The position numbers and the translations under genes were made by a program. The notes beneath the pieces were generated by a model. It worked only from the letters and a program-made list of their open reading frames with translations, ran no database searches and was not told where the DNA came from. From the IMG/VR virus record IMGVR_UViG_3300049049_000106, positions 1-41,548 of that record: a stretch of DNA of 41,548 nucleotides. One strand, given 5' to 3'. Source of the stretch: a virus (lineage: Duplodnaviria > Caudoviricetes). Positions 8,407 through 16,671 of this stretch are shown here, one piece after another. Position 1 is the stretch's first letter; each line of letters opens with the position of its first letter.

Positions 8407-8932
8407 GGTCGGCCTCCTTGGGCGGGGTGGGGGCTGCTGCAAGCATTTCGGCCCACCGGAATTGCGCATCCAGCCGCAAAGCATGTTGCTCGGCTTCGTG
8501 TTCCGTGTGGTAGAACGCAAGCCGCTCGACAGTCCCGATGCACTCGCGCCAGTCCTCGTTCGTGGTTTGGACAACCTCGTATCCGGACTTGTCAATCGTG
8601 CGCCGCCAGTTGTATGGCGTGTCCGCGTCAGAGGCTAGGCGCATGGCGTCCGTCAACTGCTCGGGCACGAGCCGCCAGCCCTGCACCGCATTTGGCGGGG
8701 CTCGGGTGTTCCAGGCGGCAGCGGCTTTTTCCTTCGTTGCGTAGCCGATCCAGACGCCGCGATTGTTGAGGCCGCACACGACGCAGTTCACGCCGTGGCC
8801 GACATTCCGCCGGTTCAGCCGGATCATTTCCTTATCGCTGGTGACGGTCCGGTTGAACCCGGCATCGCCGCCACAGCACGGACACGGCAACAGCACCTCC
8901 ACCGCCTCAGCCTCGGGTGTGGTTGGGGTCAT
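8399..8932 (-). CDS. Lar-family restriction-alleviation domain fused to a C-terminal module
   Basis: LLPCPCCGG...CVVCG...KAAAAWNTR signature. Confidence 0.75.
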   Translation of the reverse strand: MTPTTPEAEAVEVLLPCPCCGGDAGFNRTVTSDKEMIRLNRRNVGHGVNCVVCGLNNRGVWIGYATKEKAAAAWNTRAPPNAVQGWRLVPEQLTDAMRLASDADTPYNWRRTIDKSGYEVVQTTNEDWRECIGTVERLAFYHTEHEAEQHALRLDAQFRWAEMLAAAPTPPKEADRE

Positions 8933-9186
8933 TTCGGTTCTCCATTCTTCATCCACTTGCGAAGTATTCGTGCCTCGGTGCGAACGTAGTCCGCATACTC
9001 GGCATATTCGCCGCCGCACCTGTCCGCGAACGCATCGAGCATCGCCGCAATGGTCGCGAAATCCGGCAATCCATCGCGCCTGACTGGCTCCGGGCCAGGC
9101 ATGGCATGAGCCTTCGCGCGCCGATGCTTCGGCCGGGTTTCCTGCGCCTTCCGCTTGCGATGCCAGTCAAGGCTGTGCCCGGTCAT
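8929..9186 (-). CDS. Hypothetical protein (85 aa)
   Basis: Coupled ORF. Confidence 0.5.
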   Translation of the reverse strand: MTGHSLDWHRKRKAQETRPKHRRAKAHAMPGPEPVRRDGLPDFATIAAMLDAFADRCGGEYAEYADYVRTEARILRKWMKNGEPK

Positions 9187-9398
9187 GGTGATTCCGGCTC
9201 GATGATTTCGACGTGCGAGAAAGGTCCATAGCCCCAGCGCACATCGGACAGAATCCGCTTGGCTTCCTCAATCGCAACCTGCACGTCTGGGCGCATGTAC
9301 CCGCCCGGTAGCTGGCTGCACAGGTCATGCAGAACCGGGACAGCGCGCTCCAAGATCGCCAAGTCCTCATCGCTAATCATGAAGTTCTTACTCACCAT
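9183..9398 (-). CDS. Hypothetical protein
   Basis: Coupled ORF. Confidence 0.55.
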   Translation of the reverse strand: MVSKNFMISDEDLAILERAVPVLHDLCSQLPGGYMRPDVQVAIEEAKRILSDVRWGYGPFSHVEIIEPESP

Positions 9399-9843
9399 CC
9401 ACCCCCTCCGCACGCGGGCAAGGGGCGGCGAAGTGGTGCAGGTTGGCCTCCACGCAAGCCGCCGCGTAGGCGATCACCTGCTGGCGGCTGTATTGCGCCA
9501 TGCCGTCAAAGATGCCGCCGATTGGGCTGGGAGGCTTCGGGAAGATGCAGTCGGCCAGAGTCAACGCCACCGCCCCCGCCCCGGCCTGCTCGCGCGGCTG
9601 GGTGGCACGGAACATGGCCGACTCCTGCAACGCATGGACGGCGCTGGGCTGCTCGCTGCCTGCGATTACACACCCATCCCCCGCCTGTGCGGCGAGGGCG
9701 CGGTGGATTTCGTCTAGCTGGTCGGCCCATTCACGTATCTGATGCTTGCGAGGGCTTACGCCGTCAAATAGGCGGACTTCGGCAGCAATCGCAGCCACCG
9801 CCTCCTGCGCCTTGCGGAGGGTGGATTGGGGGGAGTCATTCAT
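9388..9843 (-). CDS. Hypothetical protein (151 aa)
   Basis: RBS GGAGG; YSRQQVIAYA motif seen in phage early proteins. Confidence 0.55.
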   Translation of the reverse strand: MNDSPQSTLRKAQEAVAAIAAEVRLFDGVSPRKHQIREWADQLDEIHRALAAQAGDGCVIAGSEQPSAVHALQESAMFRATQPREQAGAGAVALTLADCIFPKPPSPIGGIFDGMAQYSRQQVIAYAAACVEANLHHFAAPCPRAEGVDGE

Positions 9844-9973
9844 CGTCGTCCTCCGGGTGGCTTTCGGCCCACTCTTGGATGAAGTAGCCAAGCTCGATTT
9901 CGTTCGTGCCCATGTCGGGCCAGCGCGACAGAATCAGTCGCGCAAGCTCTAGGCAATGCTCATTCGGCCCCAT
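9836..9973 (-). CDS. Acidic 45-aa protein (not in track)
   Basis: MGPNEHCLELARLILSRWPDMGTNEIELGYFIQEWAESHPEDDDE; coupled; RBS. Confidence 0.5.
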   Translation of the reverse strand: MGPNEHCLELARLILSRWPDMGTNEIELGYFIQEWAESHPEDDDE

Positions 9974-10779
9974 CACCCGCCCTCCTGGCTCTGCTTCGGG
10001 GCGGCGGCGAGCGCAGCAGCGTAGGCGGCGCGCGCTACCGTGCGGGACTTGTTGTCGCCGGAGAAGCCCAGCAGGTCGAGCAGGGCAGGAAACTCGCCTT
10101 CATCGTCCACGGCCTTGCTGCCAAGCATGGCGCTGACCATTTCCGGCGTCGGCTCCACCGGCACCACCACAAACCCACCGCCCGGCTGGGCGGCTGCGAG
10201 GGCGGCGCGGAGGTCGCCTTGCACGACACGGTAGATCGCTGCCTTCCCCAGGCAGAACTCGCGCACCAGCGTATCGTCGGTTATCTCGGCATCGGCCTCG
10301 CAGGCGTCCTCGCGGGAATCCCAATACGCCAGCAACCTCTCCACCGCATCCCCATCCCCCTGCACGGGCGAGGGCTGCGGCGGGGTGAGGGCGGCGATAG
10401 CGCGGACCAACACGCAGTGCGTATCGCCAAACCCAAGGCTGCTGGCGAGCTTGCGCAGCACGCCAAGGTCCGCATCGGTCAGGCCCGGCGGGGTGGGGGT
10501 GGGGATTGCCGCAGCGAGCGCATCCGCGCACATGCCGGGGTCGAACTGCGCGAGGGCTTGCAGAATAGCGGGCGCTTTGCCGTAGCCGTCCTCGTCCTCG
10601 ACCACGCGGGCGCGGAAGCCGCAGGCGAAACGATGTTCCCAGCGGGCCAGACCGGCGGGCGATCCGGCCCAATCGTCGGGCACCCACTCGCCGTTCTCGT
10701 CTTGGAACTCCACCCGCTTCCCAGCAGCCACCGCATCCATCGCCTCGGCGGGGGTGGTCAGCATCGTGTGGCGGGTCAT
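9973..10779 (-). CDS. Mosaic early protein with VPVEPTPEM module
   Basis: 268 aa; coupled. Confidence 0.6.
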   Translation of the reverse strand: MTRHTMLTTPAEAMDAVAAGKRVEFQDENGEWVPDDWAGSPAGLARWEHRFACGFRARVVEDEDGYGKAPAILQALAQFDPGMCADALAAAIPTPTPPGLTDADLGVLRKLASSLGFGDTHCVLVRAIAALTPPQPSPVQGDGDAVERLLAYWDSREDACEADAEITDDTLVREFCLGKAAIYRVVQGDLRAALAAAQPGGGFVVVPVEPTPEMVSAMLGSKAVDDEGEFPALLDLLGFSGDNKSRTVARAAYAAALAAAPKQSQEGG

Positions 10780-10991
10780 GCGCGGTTCCTCCGGCGCGAC
10801 TGGCGCGCGATCTTGTTGCGGATGCGATTCCTGGCCTTGCGCTTGGCCGTGCCGTGCAGCGGGCGACGGCTCGGGCGGTAGGCGCGGGGGCTGAACCTCA
10901 CGACTTCCTCGCGCGGAACGTGGATGACCTGACTGGCGCTAGTAGCCGCAGCGCCCAACGCCAGTGCAAGTGCCGCAATGTGTCTGCTCAT
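10776..10991 (-). CDS. Hypothetical protein with basic C-terminus
   Basis: RNKIARQSRRRNR tail. Confidence 0.55.
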   Translation of the reverse strand: MSRHIAALALALGAAATSASQVIHVPREEVVRFSPRAYRPSRRPLHGTAKRKARNRIRNKIARQSRRRNRA

Positions 10992-11057
10992 CGTCTCTGC
11001 CTCGGAATGGTGGGTGGCGGGACCCCCGGCGCACGCTAGGGGTCCGCCCTGCTCGGA

Positions 11058-11831
11058 TTACGCGGCCTTCGCTTCGTCCGTGAAGCTCGGGTCGAACTTC
11101 TTGACGGCCTTCCACAGCGCCAGCGCCGCCAGGAATACCTGCCAGCCTTGCTCCATTTCGGCCTCCTTCCAGACGTGGCTGGCGACCTTGCCCGGATGGG
11201 TTCGGGATACGAACAGGTTGGCGCAGACGTTGCGGGGCAGGCGCAGGCCGTTCTGATACGCGGCGAGCTGGTAGTGCTGGTCATAGGCCAGCTTCTTGCC
11301 GTCGCTGAAATCGCCGTCCTTGCCTTTGTAGTCCACGACAATCCCGGTGGACGGGCTGTGCAAATCCACCTTGCCACCGTAGCCAAGGGGCGAGCCAAAG
11401 CTGGCCTCCGCGACCCAATCCGATACGTCAGGGAACAGGCGGTTAAGCTCATCCACCGCGCCCTGAACGTGCGGGACGTACTTCGGCTCGTAGGGCAGGC
11501 CCTTCACCGCGCACTCGCATGCGTCATGGATCCGGGTGCCTTCCTCGGCGGCGGCAATCGCTTGGGCCTTAGAGTCCGCCAGAATCCGTGAAATGTAGGC
11601 GGATTCGCTCTCGCCCTCGGAACGCGGAAGGGTCAGCGCGGCCAGGATGCCTTGATTGACCTTCCAGTTTTCCAACTGCGGCTTTGCCAGCACCGAAAGA
11701 ACCGTAGTCACGGAGGGCAGCCAGCCATTTTTGCGCCCATCCGCCAGCGTGGTCGGGCGGCGAACCATGCCGCCGTTCGTGACTACCTCGTAGCGGGGAA
11801 GGCCGTTGCGGTCATACCAATGTTCACTCAC
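11058..11831 (-). CDS. PD-(D/E)XK (RecB/Cas4-like) exonuclease
   Basis: PSVTTVL, GTRIH, GKVDL...VDYK, QLAAY motifs. Confidence 0.85.
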   Translation of the reverse strand: MSEHWYDRNGLPRYEVVTNGGMVRRPTTLADGRKNGWLPSVTTVLSVLAKPQLENWKVNQGILAALTLPRSEGESESAYISRILADSKAQAIAAAEEGTRIHDACECAVKGLPYEPKYVPHVQGAVDELNRLFPDVSDWVAEASFGSPLGYGGKVDLHSPSTGIVVDYKGKDGDFSDGKKLAYDQHYQLAAYQNGLRLPRNVCANLFVSRTHPGKVASHVWKEAEMEQGWQVFLAALALWKAVKKFDPSFTDEAKAA

Positions 11832-12298
11832 GCTGCGTTCTCCTGGGCCTCAATCTCTCGCATGTACGCACCGAGCTTGGCGGCGTACTCGTTTCCTTTC
11901 AGGATTGCCGTGGTCATGCGGTGGCAGTCCATGTGACATTCTTTGCAGAGGAACACCACGCCAAGCGGGTTCCAGTAGTCGGCGTGGTGAGCCTCGGGGA
12001 CGCAAGCTTTGCCGCAAGCCCAGCAACCCTCGGGACGCACCAGCCGACCGTTTGCAATCGCTACCTGCACAGCAATCCTTGCCTTGTGTTCGTGGGTCCG
12101 TTCTCGGTAGCGGCGGCGGTCATATTCCCGCGTGTGGTCGCCTCGACCTCGGCTTACGTCTGCACGGGTACATGCCTTGCACTTGCCCAGCAGTCCGTCA
12201 GCCATCTGCGGATGCCGGTAGAACTCGGTGCGGGCTTTGTCAGCCCCGCACCGGAAGCAACGCTTGGACTCCGAGCAACCCTTGGAAGGGTCATTCAT
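11828..12298 (-). CDS. Zn-finger/HNH-like endonuclease
   Basis: CFRC...CKAC N-terminus; CWACG...EAHHADY...LCKECH. Confidence 0.75.
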   Translation of the reverse strand: MNDPSKGCSESKRCFRCGADKARTEFYRHPQMADGLLGKCKACTRADVSRGRGDHTREYDRRRYRERTHEHKARIAVQVAIANGRLVRPEGCWACGKACVPEAHHADYWNPLGVVFLCKECHMDCHRMTTAILKGNEYAAKLGAYMREIEAQENAA

Positions 12299-12301
12299 GG
12301 C

Positions 12302-12922
12302 TCAGAATCCACGATCAAAAGGGATGTCTTCGTCCGGGTCGCCCGTGTGCGATTCATTGGCCCCAGGCTTGGACGGCTTCAACTGACTGTCGATCTTTTC
12401 CTGCAACCACTTCGGCAGCTTTTCGTAGGTCTTGCTGTCGCCGTCGAGATAGACCAGCAACGGGTTTTCCGCAGCCGGAGCCGGGACGGACTTGGGAAGC
12501 GCGCCGATGCCCGCGATGTTGGAATACGTCTTGCCGCCACTCTCGGACTCGATCACCGACAACATGCAGGGCTTGCCCGCAATCGCGGCCACGTCGAACG
12601 CGGCAGCTTCCTCGTCGCTGAACTTCTTGCCGCGCCAGCCTTCCAGATGCTTGCGGAGCGTGGCCTTCTCGTTCATGGACGCGGTGTAGAAGCTGCCGAT
12701 GGTCAGCGGCCCCTCCACGGTCTTGCCGTCCTTTTCGTATTCGATGCGCTCGGAGGGAATCTCAAAGCGGATATAGACCTTCCGCTTCGGGGACGGGAAC
12801 GCCTGGGAGCCGGGCTGCAAGCCGCAATCCGCGACCATGTTGCAGACGGCAATGTGGGAGCCAGCGGGAGCGCGCTTGAAGTCGCCGCCGCCGTTTCCGC
12901 CTACCGGGAGAGTCAGTGCCAT
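12302..12922 (-). CDS. Single-stranded DNA-binding protein (phage type)
   Basis: OB-fold-like body; acidic DEDIPF C-terminus; next to exonuclease. Confidence 0.7.
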   Translation of the reverse strand: MALTLPVGGNGGGDFKRAPAGSHIAVCNMVADCGLQPGSQAFPSPKRKVYIRFEIPSERIEYEKDGKTVEGPLTIGSFYTASMNEKATLRKHLEGWRGKKFSDEEAAAFDVAAIAGKPCMLSVIESESGGKTYSNIAGIGALPKSVPAPAAENPLLVYLDGDSKTYEKLPKWLQEKIDSQLKPSKPGANESHTGDPDEDIPFDRGF

Positions 12923-13010
12923 GTGTGCATCCTTCATTCGTTGTGTGGTCTGCCGGGGAACCCGCCCCGGCTCGGCTCCGTGCCTTCAAATAGGGCGCAC
13001 GGAGTGACCC

Positions 13011-13196
13011 TTAATGCTCGTAGCCGGGATCCACCGGCTCCGCGTCCTGCATTTGCTGGCGTTCGTATTCGCGGGCCTGCTGGCCCCAGCGCGGCCCCGT
13101 GAACAGGGGATAGGCGTTGCGCGCCGCCTTCGCATACCAGCGGGCCGTGCGCTCGCTATTGGGCAGCGGGCGGGTGGAAGTGAGTTCACCGATCAT
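13011..13196 (-). CDS. Hypothetical protein (61 aa)
   Basis: Coupled ORF. Confidence 0.5.
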   Translation of the reverse strand: MIGELTSTRPLPNSERTARWYAKAARNAYPLFTGPRWGQQAREYERQQMQDAEPVDPGYEH

Positions 13197-13288
13197 GGGA
13201 TTCGTTCCGGATTGCGGCGAATCGCCAGGACCATGCCCGCGCCACCGAGGACCACGCCGACTACGAGGCCGCAGATGAAAAGGCTCAT
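13193..13288 (-). CDS. Small membrane peptide (31 aa)
   Basis: MSLFICGLVVGVVLGGAGMVLAIRR; ATGA coupling at both ends. Confidence 0.5.
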   Translation of the reverse strand: MSLFICGLVVGVVLGGAGMVLAIRRNPERIP

Positions 13289-13485
13289 GCGGCACGCTCC
13301 AGTACCAGCACCAGCCGCTCGGTGCGCGTGATTTCGTAAACCTCCACGCGCCCGTCCTCGGCGTACTGCTTGGCGTAGTGGCAGGCTTCGGCGTAGGCGC
13401 GGTCACGGGGTCCACTGGCGCCGGCCATCCAATCCCCGTCCACCAGCACGTCAAACTCGGCGTAGTCCTCGGGCTTGTCGCTCAT
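13285..13485 (-). CDS. Hypothetical protein (66 aa)
   Basis: Coupled ORF. Confidence 0.6.
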   Translation of the reverse strand: MSDKPEDYAEFDVLVDGDWMAGASGPRDRAYAEACHYAKQYAEDGRVEVYEITRTERLVLVLERAA

Positions 13486-13751
13486 GAGCCTTCCCCCTGC
13501 CGCACCGGCCACGCCCGCCCGGTCTCCACGGTTTCGTCCGCCGGGTACTTGTCTGCCACGCGGTCCCATTCCTCTGCGGACACGACCGGCAGCCCGTCAA
13601 CCTCGCGGTACGGTTCCGGGCTTGCGTCCAGATCGTCCCCGCCCGGCACGGCATCCGGGGCGGTAATCGCCCGCCACCGTTCCGTGATGCCCGGATATTC
13701 GCGCTCCAGATCGGCCTCGACTTCCGCGATCAATCGCTTGCCTGCGTTCAT
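13482..13751 (-). CDS. Hypothetical acidic protein (89 aa)
   Basis: RBS GGAGG; coupled. Confidence 0.55.
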   Translation of the reverse strand: MNAGKRLIAEVEADLEREYPGITERWRAITAPDAVPGGDDLDASPEPYREVDGLPVVSAEEWDRVADKYPADETVETGRAWPVRQGEGS

Positions 13752-13921
13752 TTCCCCTCCGTTGCGTTCTTTACGATGGCTTCGATAGCGTCCAGATCGG
13801 CGCAGGACAGCGCGGCCCACGCGGGGCACTCGGCCAGCCACGCCAGGAGTTCGTCGGGCTGGTCAACCGCGTCCGGCGGCTCGGGATTGCGGGCCAGGCC
13901 GATGTTCCAGCGGGCGGTCAT
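13748..13921 (-). CDS. Hypothetical protein (57 aa, not in track)
   Basis: ATGA coupling at both ends. Confidence 0.5.
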   Translation of the reverse strand: MTARWNIGLARNPEPPDAVDQPDELLAWLAECPAWAALSCADLDAIEAIVKNATEGK

Positions 13922-14157
13922 GGGGCAATCTCCCGCAGTAGGCGGCGAGCCTTTGCGACGGAAGGCGCGTCCTTGTGCGGGACGAAGCCGCCGCGATCAT
14001 CGGCCCATTGGCGGCCACAGTGGTCGCAGATCGTCCAGATCGCGCCGCCGCGATGCGTTTCCTCATGGGTACAAGTTTCGGCGTCAACGTGATCCAGCAG
14101 ATCGGCCAGCGCCGCCGCCAGGGCAAACTCCATCGCGGTATATCGGGGCTTGTTCAT
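13918..14157 (-). CDS. Hypothetical Zn-binding protein (79 aa)
   Basis: CTH...CDHCG; coupled. Confidence 0.55.
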   Translation of the reverse strand: MNKPRYTAMEFALAAALADLLDHVDAETCTHEETHRGGAIWTICDHCGRQWADDRGGFVPHKDAPSVAKARRLLREIAP

Positions 14158-14279
14158 TGCGAACCCCCAACCACCGGCCCAACCACCACCACGCAGAACG
14201 CGGCGAATATGGCGATGGTCAGCAATACGCCCACACCGTCCACGATTGCGCCCAGCAGGGTTTCGGTGGGGCGGGTCAT
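14154..14279 (-). CDS. Small membrane protein (41 aa)
   Basis: Hydrophobic; coupled. Confidence 0.5.
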   Translation of the reverse strand: MTRPTETLLGAIVDGVGVLLTIAIFAAFCVVVVGPVVGGSQ

Positions 14280-14809
14280 GGCTGGTCTCCCTGCACGTTG
14301 GCGAGGGCGGCGCGCGTTCTGCGCCCTTCGTACCAGTTGCGTCGGTTCTTGATGGCGCTGATCGTCGGCTGCGAGACGCGGAACATGGCCGCAATGGCGC
14401 GCTGGCTGTGATTGCTTAGGCGCAGCAACAAGCGAACGGCCGCAACCTGCTGCTCGTTCAACTTGGCCTGATGGTGGGCCGATCCCTTGACCGGATTGCG
14501 CGCGCCTGCCCGACCGCCACGGCTTCGGCCCTTGCGGACGCGATCAGCGGTATTGGCTTCGTTCGTCGCCAGGAAAAGATGCTCGGGATTGACGCAGCTC
14601 GGCGTGTCGCACTTGTGGCAAACGCACATGCCTGCCGGGATGGGGCCGTTGTGAATCTCAAAGGAAAGGCGGTGCGCCAGCTTGGCGCGGCCCTCCCCAG
14701 CGCGCATTCGGCCATAGCCCCGCCGCGTACCCGTGTCGCCGGTCCACAGCCAGCAGCCAGCCTCCGGCACAGGGGCGTAGTTCTCGGAGAACCGCGCAAG
14801 CAGGCTCAC
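14276..14809 (-). CDS. HNH endonuclease with C-terminal HTH
   Basis: GCWLWTG...GYG...AHR...VCHKCDTPSCVNPEHL...N; AIAAMFRVSQPTIS. Confidence 0.9.
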   Translation of the reverse strand: MSLLARFSENYAPVPEAGCWLWTGDTGTRRGYGRMRAGEGRAKLAHRLSFEIHNGPIPAGMCVCHKCDTPSCVNPEHLFLATNEANTADRVRKGRSRGGRAGARNPVKGSAHHQAKLNEQQVAAVRLLLRLSNHSQRAIAAMFRVSQPTISAIKNRRNWYEGRRTRAALANVQGDQP

Positions 14810-14925
14810 AGCGACCACCACGCATAGCAGGCCACCACCCACAGCACCGCGCACAGGGCGCGCATGAAGGGCTGGGGGCGGGTGGCGCGGAACTCGGCGG
14901 CGAGGCTCGGGTACATGAAGGTCAT
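14806..14925 (-). CDS. Small membrane peptide (39 aa)
   Basis: Hydrophobic C-terminus; coupled to HNH gene. Confidence 0.45.
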   Translation of the reverse strand: MTFMYPSLAAEFRATRPQPFMRALCAVLWVVACYAWWSL

Positions 14926-14928
14926 GGC

Positions 14929-15099
14929 TCAAGCCGCCTTGCGGTTGAGCCGCGCGCACTCCGCCTCGGCCTCCGCCTCGGTCGCGTGCCACGAAACGAT
15001 GGTGTCGGCGTCAGCGCCGATCAGGTCAACGCGCCACTCGGCCGGGTCCGCGTCACCATTAGCGGACGGCCACACTTCGTAGGTTCCGATCTTGCCCAT
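14929..15099 (-). CDS. First gene of the leftward operon (56 aa, not in track)
   Basis: RBS GGGAGGA; MGKIGTYEVWPSANG... Confidence 0.6.
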   Translation of the reverse strand: MGKIGTYEVWPSANGDADPAEWRVDLIGADADTIVSWHATEAEAEAECARLNRKAA

Positions 15100-15149
15100 C
15101 TGATCCTCCCATCGCCCTTGGCGTTGCCGGTGTGTCCGGCTGATTCGCT

Positions 15150-15218
15150 AGCACGGAATGTGCTGCATGGAGGCAATGGTGGACCCAGCCGTGGCGGCTG
15201 TCAAGCACTATTTGTGCT
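15150..15218 (-). promoter_or_regulatory. PL with two operators (15150-15164 and 15204-15218)
   Basis: AGCAC-N5-GTGCT twice; minus-strand TTGACA-17-CACCAT. Confidence 0.75.
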
Positions 15219-15228
15219 TTTGGCTAAA

Positions 15229-15564
15229 CTATTTCTTATTCAGCTTTGTGTCGCGGATGTGCCGGATGTAAAGCATGGCCGCCGCCCGGTCCTCCGGGGT
15301 GAGCTGGTCCAGGATCGCCGCCGCTTCGACGGACTCCGGATACTCCGTGAGAACAAGATCGTCGGACATGGCGGCCAGCGACATTATGGTGATTCCGGCC
15401 ATTTCGCACATGATCCGCAGCTCCTCCCGAGTCATCCCGCGCTCCCCACGGAGCTTCATACCAGCGGCAGAAGGCGACGTTAGGCCGAGGGCGTCGGCCA
15501 GTACACCTTGCTTGACTCCCCGCTGTTCGAGGAGTGCCTTTAGTATCAGGAGGTGCTGTCTCAT
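15229..15564 (-). CDS. cI: CI-like repressor (HTH_XRE, no peptidase domain)
   Basis: VKQGVLADALGLTSPSAAGMKLRG HTH; divergent from cro; flanked by operators. Confidence 0.8.
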   Translation of the reverse strand: MRQHLLILKALLEQRGVKQGVLADALGLTSPSAAGMKLRGERGMTREELRIMCEMAGITIMSLAAMSDDLVLTEYPESVEAAAILDQLTPEDRAAAMLYIRHIRDTKLNKK

Positions 15565-15569
15565 GGACT

Positions 15570-15688
15570 GTGATACGTCCAGCAGTTACGGAGTGTCAAA
15601 ATTATACGACACGCGATGTGTCGGCCCCATCTGAGGGCAAAGCACAAAAAGTGCTTGACGGCAGGGGCGGACTAGCACAGACTGTGCT
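15570..15688. promoter_or_regulatory. PR/PRM region with three operators (15608, 15641, 15674)
   Basis: AGCAC-N5-GTGCT twice plus GACAC-N5-GTGTC; plus-strand TTGACG-17-CAGACT; minus-strand TTGACA-18-TATCAC and TATAAT. Confidence 0.8.
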
Positions 15689-15690
15689 GC

Positions 15691-15903
15691 ATGAACCTGC
15701 CCGATTACCTCAAAGCGATAGGCGACGAAGCCGCCGCCCGTAAGTTTTCCGTGTCCGAGCGGTGCATTGCGAGCTGGCGGCTGCGCCAACGGCTCCCGCG
15801 CCCCGCAAAGGCGCAGCGGATCGTGGAGGCCACGGATGGCCTGGTGACGCTGGCCGAGATTTACGGCCCGCATCCCGAAGCGGCAAACGACAACAAGCAC
15901 TGA
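15691..15903 (+). CDS. cro: Cro-like repressor
   Basis: AARKFSVSERCIASW...RP..A.RI..AT.G.VT Cro/YdaS pattern. Confidence 0.85.
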   Translation: MNLPDYLKAIGDEAAARKFSVSERCIASWRLRQRLPRPAKAQRIVEATDGLVTLAEIYGPHPEAANDNKH

Positions 15904-15911
15904 TTTCCCCT

Positions 15912-15942
15912 AACCCTCGGCGCGGTATGGCCGGGGGTTTTT
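15912..15942 (+). terminator. tR1-like terminator
   Basis: AACCCTCGGC...GCCGGGGGTT plus T run. Confidence 0.7.
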
Positions 15943-15975
15943 CATAACCCAAGCCGCCGGTTGACGGAGGTTGAC

Positions 15976-16332
15976 GTGAATAGACAAGCGTACTTTCCGC
16001 AGCGAATTGAGGCCGTTCGTGGCCCCCAACTCGCCAGCGATGACACGCTCGCGCTGTGCAAGTCCGAGCGCGATGCGCTGCTGGTCAGCGTGACGCTCTC
16101 GGGCCTGACCTACGAGGAAATCGCGGCCCGCATCGGCGTCAGCAAGCAGGCCGTCAACAAGTGGACGCGCAAGGGCATCCCGGCCAGCCGCGTCACGGCT
16201 TTCTGCAATGCGACCTCTACGCGCCTGGTCGAGCAGTTCATCCAGTGGGAACTCGCCAAGCGCCAGATGCGTCACCAAATGCGCGAGGCCGACCGGATCG
16301 CCGCGATTGTCGAGCAGGCGAGGGCGGCATGA
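15976..16332 (+). CDS. CII-like HTH regulator
   Basis: LTYEEIAARIGVSKQAVNKW HTH; position after cro; RBS GGAGG. Confidence 0.7.
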   Translation: MNRQAYFPQRIEAVRGPQLASDDTLALCKSERDALLVSVTLSGLTYEEIAARIGVSKQAVNKWTRKGIPASRVTAFCNATSTRLVEQFIQWELAKRQMRHQMREADRIAAIVEQARAA

Positions 16333-16637
16333 GCCCCCTCAATGCCTCATCGGCATCGCTAGCAGGATTGCGGGAGCTTCCCGGACTTCAAGCACGACTC
16401 CTTCTGCTGACCGGCTCTGGCCCGACAGCACGGCTCTGGGCACTGGCCGAGATACCAGCAGGTTCATCCCCGCAAAGCTCGCCTGCTGGGTCGCAGATGG
16501 GTCCAGCCGAATTATCCGAGCTGGCCTACGAGTTTGCCCGTCTGGCTCGGGAAGCCATTCGGGAACAAGCCAAAACGTCCCCTCGGACTCCAAGCAATCG
16601 CAAGACACCACGGAAACGCCGCCCGGATCCTCGATGA
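16329..16637 (+). CDS. Hypothetical ORF (102 aa) antisense to 16339-16671
   Basis: ATGA-coupled to the cII-like stop; low-complexity product. Confidence 0.35.
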   Translation: MSPLNASSASLAGLRELPGLQARLLLLTGSGPTARLWALAEIPAGSSPQSSPAGSQMGPAELSELAYEFARLAREAIREQAKTSPRTPSNRKTPRKRRPDPR

Positions 16638-16671
16638 AAACGGTGGCCGATAGCAGCTCGTACTTGTCCAT
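16339..16671 (-). CDS. Antisense moron protein (110 aa)
   Basis: Globular-looking sequence (FWLVPEWL...RPARIIRL); RBS GGGGA; extended -10 TGCTACGCT. Confidence 0.6.
   Translation of the reverse strand: MDKYELLSATVFIEDPGGVSVVSCDCLESEGTFWLVPEWLPEPDGQTRRPARIIRLDPSATQQASFAGMNLLVSRPVPRAVLSGQSRSAEGVVLEVREAPAILLAMPMRH

Noticed and set aside
11058-11831. CRISPR-associated Cas4
   Set aside because: No four-Cys Fe-S motif or CRISPR context; ordinary phage exonuclease
15568-15582. LexA box
   Set aside because: Spacing is CTG-N9-CAG rather than N10; the 25867 site is CTGT-N11-ACAG and fits an RNA hairpin
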